From: Nitrosopumilus sp.
GTDB lineage: Archaea; Thermoproteota; Nitrososphaeria; Nitrososphaerales; Nitrosopumilaceae
Assembly: GCA_965204345.1 (NCBI GenBank)
Contig: CBDBEK010000004.1
Coordinates: 1 to 10,908, forward strand
DNA: 10,908 nucleotides
Direction of reading: 5' to 3'
Shown here: piece by piece, positions 6,696 to 10,908 of the stretch
Layout of the letters: every line of letters starts with the position of its first letter
Position numbering within the stretch: the first letter of the stretch is position 1
Program-made: the position numbers and the translations under genes
Notes under the pieces: model-generated
The model's input: only the letters and a program-made list of their open reading frames with translations
Told to the model about the DNA's origin: nothing
Database searches by the model: none

Positions 6696-7191
6696 ATGGC
6701 TACAAAAAGAAAAGCTGCAACTAAACGTAGATCAACTACAAAAGCAGCCCCAAAAAGAAAAGCTACTAGAAAAACTGCAACTAGAAAAGCAGCTCCAAAG
6801 AGAAAAGCAGCAGCAAAACGCAAAGCAGCTCCAAAGAGAAAAGCAGAGCAAAAGCAAAGCAGCAAAACGCAAAGCAGCTCCAAAGAGAAAAGCAGCAGCA
6901 AAACGCAAAGCAGCTCCAAAGAGAAAAACTGCAGCAAAACGCAAAGCAGCTCCAAAGAGAAAAGCAGCAGCAAAACGCAAAGCAGCTCCAAAGAGAAAAA
7001 CTGCAGCAAAGAAAGCAGCTCCAAAGAGAAAAGCAGCTCCAAAGAGAAAAGCAGCAGCAAAACGCAAAGCAGCTCCAAAGAGAAAAGCAGCTCCAAAGAG
7101 AAAAGCAGCAACTAGAAAAGCAGCTCCAAAGAGAAAAGCAGCAGCAAAACGCAAAGCAGCTCCAAAGAGAAAAGCAGCAAAAAGACGATAA
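6696..7191 (+). CDS. Histone H1-like (Hc2/AlgP-type) Lys/Ala/Arg/Pro repeat protein, about 165 aa, with an apparent frameshift at about 6846-6856
   Basis: ATG 6696 frame reads MATKRKAATKRRSTTKAAPKRKATRK...; the repeat continues in another frame to ...KAAKRR* (TAA 7189-7191). At the switch GCAG-AGCAAAA-GCAAA lacks two C's relative to the unit GCAGCAGCAAAACGCAAA. Confidence 0.85.
6783..7180 (+). repeat. Coding tandem repeat, 18/36-bp period (RKAAPK / RKAAAK)
   Basis: AGAAAAGCAGCTCCAAAG and AGAAAAGCAGCAGCAAAACGCAAAGCAGCTCCAAAG repeated near-identically. Confidence 0.93.
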
Positions 7192-7268
7192 TCTCGTTTG
7201 CAAATTAACAATCGTCATACAGACGACGAATTGTTTTCATTTTTCTAATTCATTTAGTGAAAACTATC

Positions 7269-7393
7269 AATTGAAAAATAAAATTGAAAAATAAAATTGA
7301 AAAATAAAATTGAAAAATAAAATTGAAAAATAAAATTGAAAAATAAAATTGAAAAATAAAATTGAAAAATAAAATTGAAAAATAAAATTGAAA
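7269..7393. repeat. Perfect 13-bp tandem array (AATTGAAAAATAA) x about 9.6
   Basis: TTG recurs at 7271, 7284, 7297, 7310, 7323, 7336, 7349, 7362, 7375 and 7388. The array abuts the collagen stop codon and reads (TTTCAATTTTATT)n on the minus strand. Confidence 0.96.
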
Positions 7394-9064
<1,671 letters not shown>

Positions 9065-9178
9065 ATCCGTTTGTTAATATTTGAAGTATTTCAGGATTTG
9101 GATCGCCGCATTTGAATAAAGCCAAAAATATAAGAAAATATACGATTAAGATGGTATTTATCTAGAGAAAAATGGAAA

Positions 9179-10312
9179 GTGAATAAGTTGTTTGGTAAGA
9201 AAAAGAAAAAAGCAGAAAAGAAATCGGATGATGAAGAATCAAAAAAAATAGTCACTAAAGAAACTAGTTTAGTAGATCCAAGTTACAATATTAAAAAATT
9301 ATTTAAGAAAGGAATAAACTTGATGGCAGATGAAAAATTAGATGATGCTGTGGAAGTATTTCAACAAGCATTACGAATTGAACCAGACAATGTAGAAATT
9401 TTAATGAAATTAGGATATGCAGAATTCCATTTAGACAATCACCATGATGCATTAAAAGTATATGATAAAGTTCTGGAAATAGATGTAACAAATCCAGAAG
9501 CATGGAATCTCAAAGGATTAGTTCATTACGAACAAAAAAAATATGCTCAAGCTTTGGATGCAGTTAACAAAGCAATTGAATCAGATAAAACATACGGAAT
9601 GGCATGGTATAACAAAGCATGTTTCTTATCATTGTTAAATCAAGTACCAGAATCATTACAAGCATTAAAACATTCAATAGAAATTGATGTAAAAAATGCA
9701 AGAAAATCAATTAGAGATAAAGACTTTGCAAATGTAAGAATTGAAGAAGGTTTCAAAAGAATTCAAGAAGTAGTTGTTTTAGAATCAGTTAGACAAGGAT
9801 ATCATACACTTGGTGCAATTGTATGGACAACATTTCTAGACAAAGCAGATGCAGAATTATCTTTAAAGAAGTTATTAGAAAAAGGATTGATTGTTCAAAA
9901 TGAAAAACGTGATGGACTAAGTAAAATTCCAGTTTATGATCTTGCAGACAATATTGCAGAAAAAATTGGTAAAGAGAAAATAGGATTATTTGGAATTACA
10001 AAAAAGAAGTTACCAAAACCAGTTAAAAATTTGAAAAAATTGAGCCAATCAATTCAAACTGCAAAAGAAGCAATAGAAGAAGGAGATGTAGATAAAACCA
10101 TAGAAGTTTTTGAAGAGTTCATAGATCCAACAAAATCAGGAGAACAAATGATTGAAAATTTCTTTGAAGAACATAGAGAAATAAGATTATGGAAAATCAG
10201 ATTAAAAGATAGAGGAGAAGATTACATCATAGATAACAAAGACAAAATGTTAGAAGTTTTTGACAATATCGAAGTAACAATTACAAAGAAACTAAGAGAC
10301 GAGATTGCTTAA
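9179..10312 (+). CDS. Tetratricopeptide-repeat protein with a probable winged-helix-like central segment
   Basis: Consecutive TPR motifs (DAVEVFQQALRIEPDN, ALKVYDKVLEIDVTNPEAWNLKG, MAWYNKACFLS), then VLESVRQGYHTLGAI...LKKLLEKGLIVQ. GTG start. Confidence 0.9.
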   Translation: MNKLFGKKKKKAEKKSDDEESKKIVTKETSLVDPSYNIKKLFKKGINLMADEKLDDAVEVFQQALRIEPDNVEILMKLGYAEFHLDNHHDALKVYDKVLEIDVTNPEAWNLKGLVHYEQKKYAQALDAVNKAIESDKTYGMAWYNKACFLSLLNQVPESLQALKHSIEIDVKNARKSIRDKDFANVRIEEGFKRIQEVVVLESVRQGYHTLGAIVWTTFLDKADAELSLKKLLEKGLIVQNEKRDGLSKIPVYDLADNIAEKIGKEKIGLFGITKKKLPKPVKNLKKLSQSIQTAKEAIEEGDVDKTIEVFEEFIDPTKSGEQMIENFFEEHREIRLWKIRLKDRGEDYIIDNKDKMLEVFDNIEVTITKKLRDEIA

Positions 10313-10313
10313 A

Positions 10314-10907
10314 TTATTCTGCAGATAAATCCCAATAATTGGCATCTTCTTGTTTTATTGTAGGTTTTTGAAGATTTTTCCATTCCTTAAAGGAGCGAAC
10401 ATATAATTTTGCATTTGGTAGTCCTGCAGATTTAAGAGCATAATATGCCAAACCAGATAATGTACCAACACTACCACAATAAGTAATTATTTCTGAATCT
10501 CCTGAAACACCTCGATTACCTAACAATCTTTTCATATCTTCTTTTGAACGAAGAATTTTATCATCACTTGCAAGGGTACGATAAGGAAGACTAATTGCAC
10601 CAGGAATATGTTGTTCCAAATAGTTTAATCGTTCTCGATTATCAATCAAAATTACATCATCTCGAGTTTTTGCAGATTCTAAATAATCAGATGTTGCCAA
10701 AATATCAGATTGTAAATTCATTGAATGATCTTTTTTAGAAACATCAGGAACTTTCGAATCGTTTTCTAGTCCTAATGATTTCCAATTACCATATGTGGTT
10801 TCAAGTAAAGTAACATTTGAATGACCAATCCATTCCAAAGTCCAAGCCACTCTAGATGCAAGTGCACCAAAAGTATCATCATAAACAACCACAGGAGTTT
10901 CATCATC
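10314..10907 (-). CDS. Thiosulfate sulfurtransferase (tandem-domain rhodanese), 5' end outside the window
   Basis: The frame stays open to the window edge (DDETPVVVYDDTFGALASRVAWTLEWIGH). ILIDNR, HIPGAISLP, active-site loop ITYCGSVGTLS, KLYVRSFKEW. Confidence 0.92.
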   Translation of the reverse strand, partial: DDETPVVVYDDTFGALASRVAWTLEWIGHSNVTLLETTYGNWKSLGLENDSKVPDVSKKDHSMNLQSDILATSDYLESAKTRDDVILIDNRERLNYLEQHIPGAISLPYRTLASDDKILRSKEDMKRLLGNRGVSGDSEIITYCGSVGTLSGLAYYALKSAGLPNAKLYVRSFKEWKNLQKPTIKQEDANYWDLSAE

Positions 10908-10908
10908 A

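Noticed and set aside
6659-7218. Minus-strand and alternative-frame ORFs over the H1-like repeat (poly-Leu/Phe, Cys/Trp-rich, Ser/Lys-rich)
   Set aside because: Shadow frames kept open by a stop-free tandem repeat.
7269-7393. CRISPR array (unit contains ATTGAAA, like the 3' end of many archaeal CRISPR repeats)
   Set aside because: 13-bp head-to-tail copies with no spacers, and no cas genes in the window.

Overview
AT-rich archaeal window whose gene content, TTG/GTG starts and TATA-like promoters fit Nitrosopumilus-like Thaumarchaeota (lineage inferred). Backbone, left to right: a partial winged-helix regulator, three tiny minus-strand ORFs, argS (in-frame TGA, apparently at an internal deletion), a HAD phosphoglycolate-phosphatase-type gene, a DRG/Obg GTPase, a histone-H1-like Lys/Ala/Arg/Pro repeat protein, a 13-bp tandem array, a long collagen-like (Gly-X-Y) gene, a TPR protein and a partial rhodanese. 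The main discovery is a 1,928-bp integrase-less insertion bounded by a perfect 18-bp direct repeat (GCTAATTTATCTAATGCC, 2606-2623 and 4534-4551). It sits in the last codons of the HAD gene and replaces its C-terminus. The probable original tail (ALDKLAPKLSEM*) is left 1 nt upstream of argS with a new in-frame ATG. The cargo is an intact HNH-like + SRA-like protein (candidate modification-dependent nuclease with reversed domain order) and a decayed DUF6293/CARF-like wHTH gene. Several single-base indels in the repeat genes look like sequencing or assembly errors, so the apparent gene disruptions need read-level checks. All family assignments come from motif recognition by eye; no searches were run.
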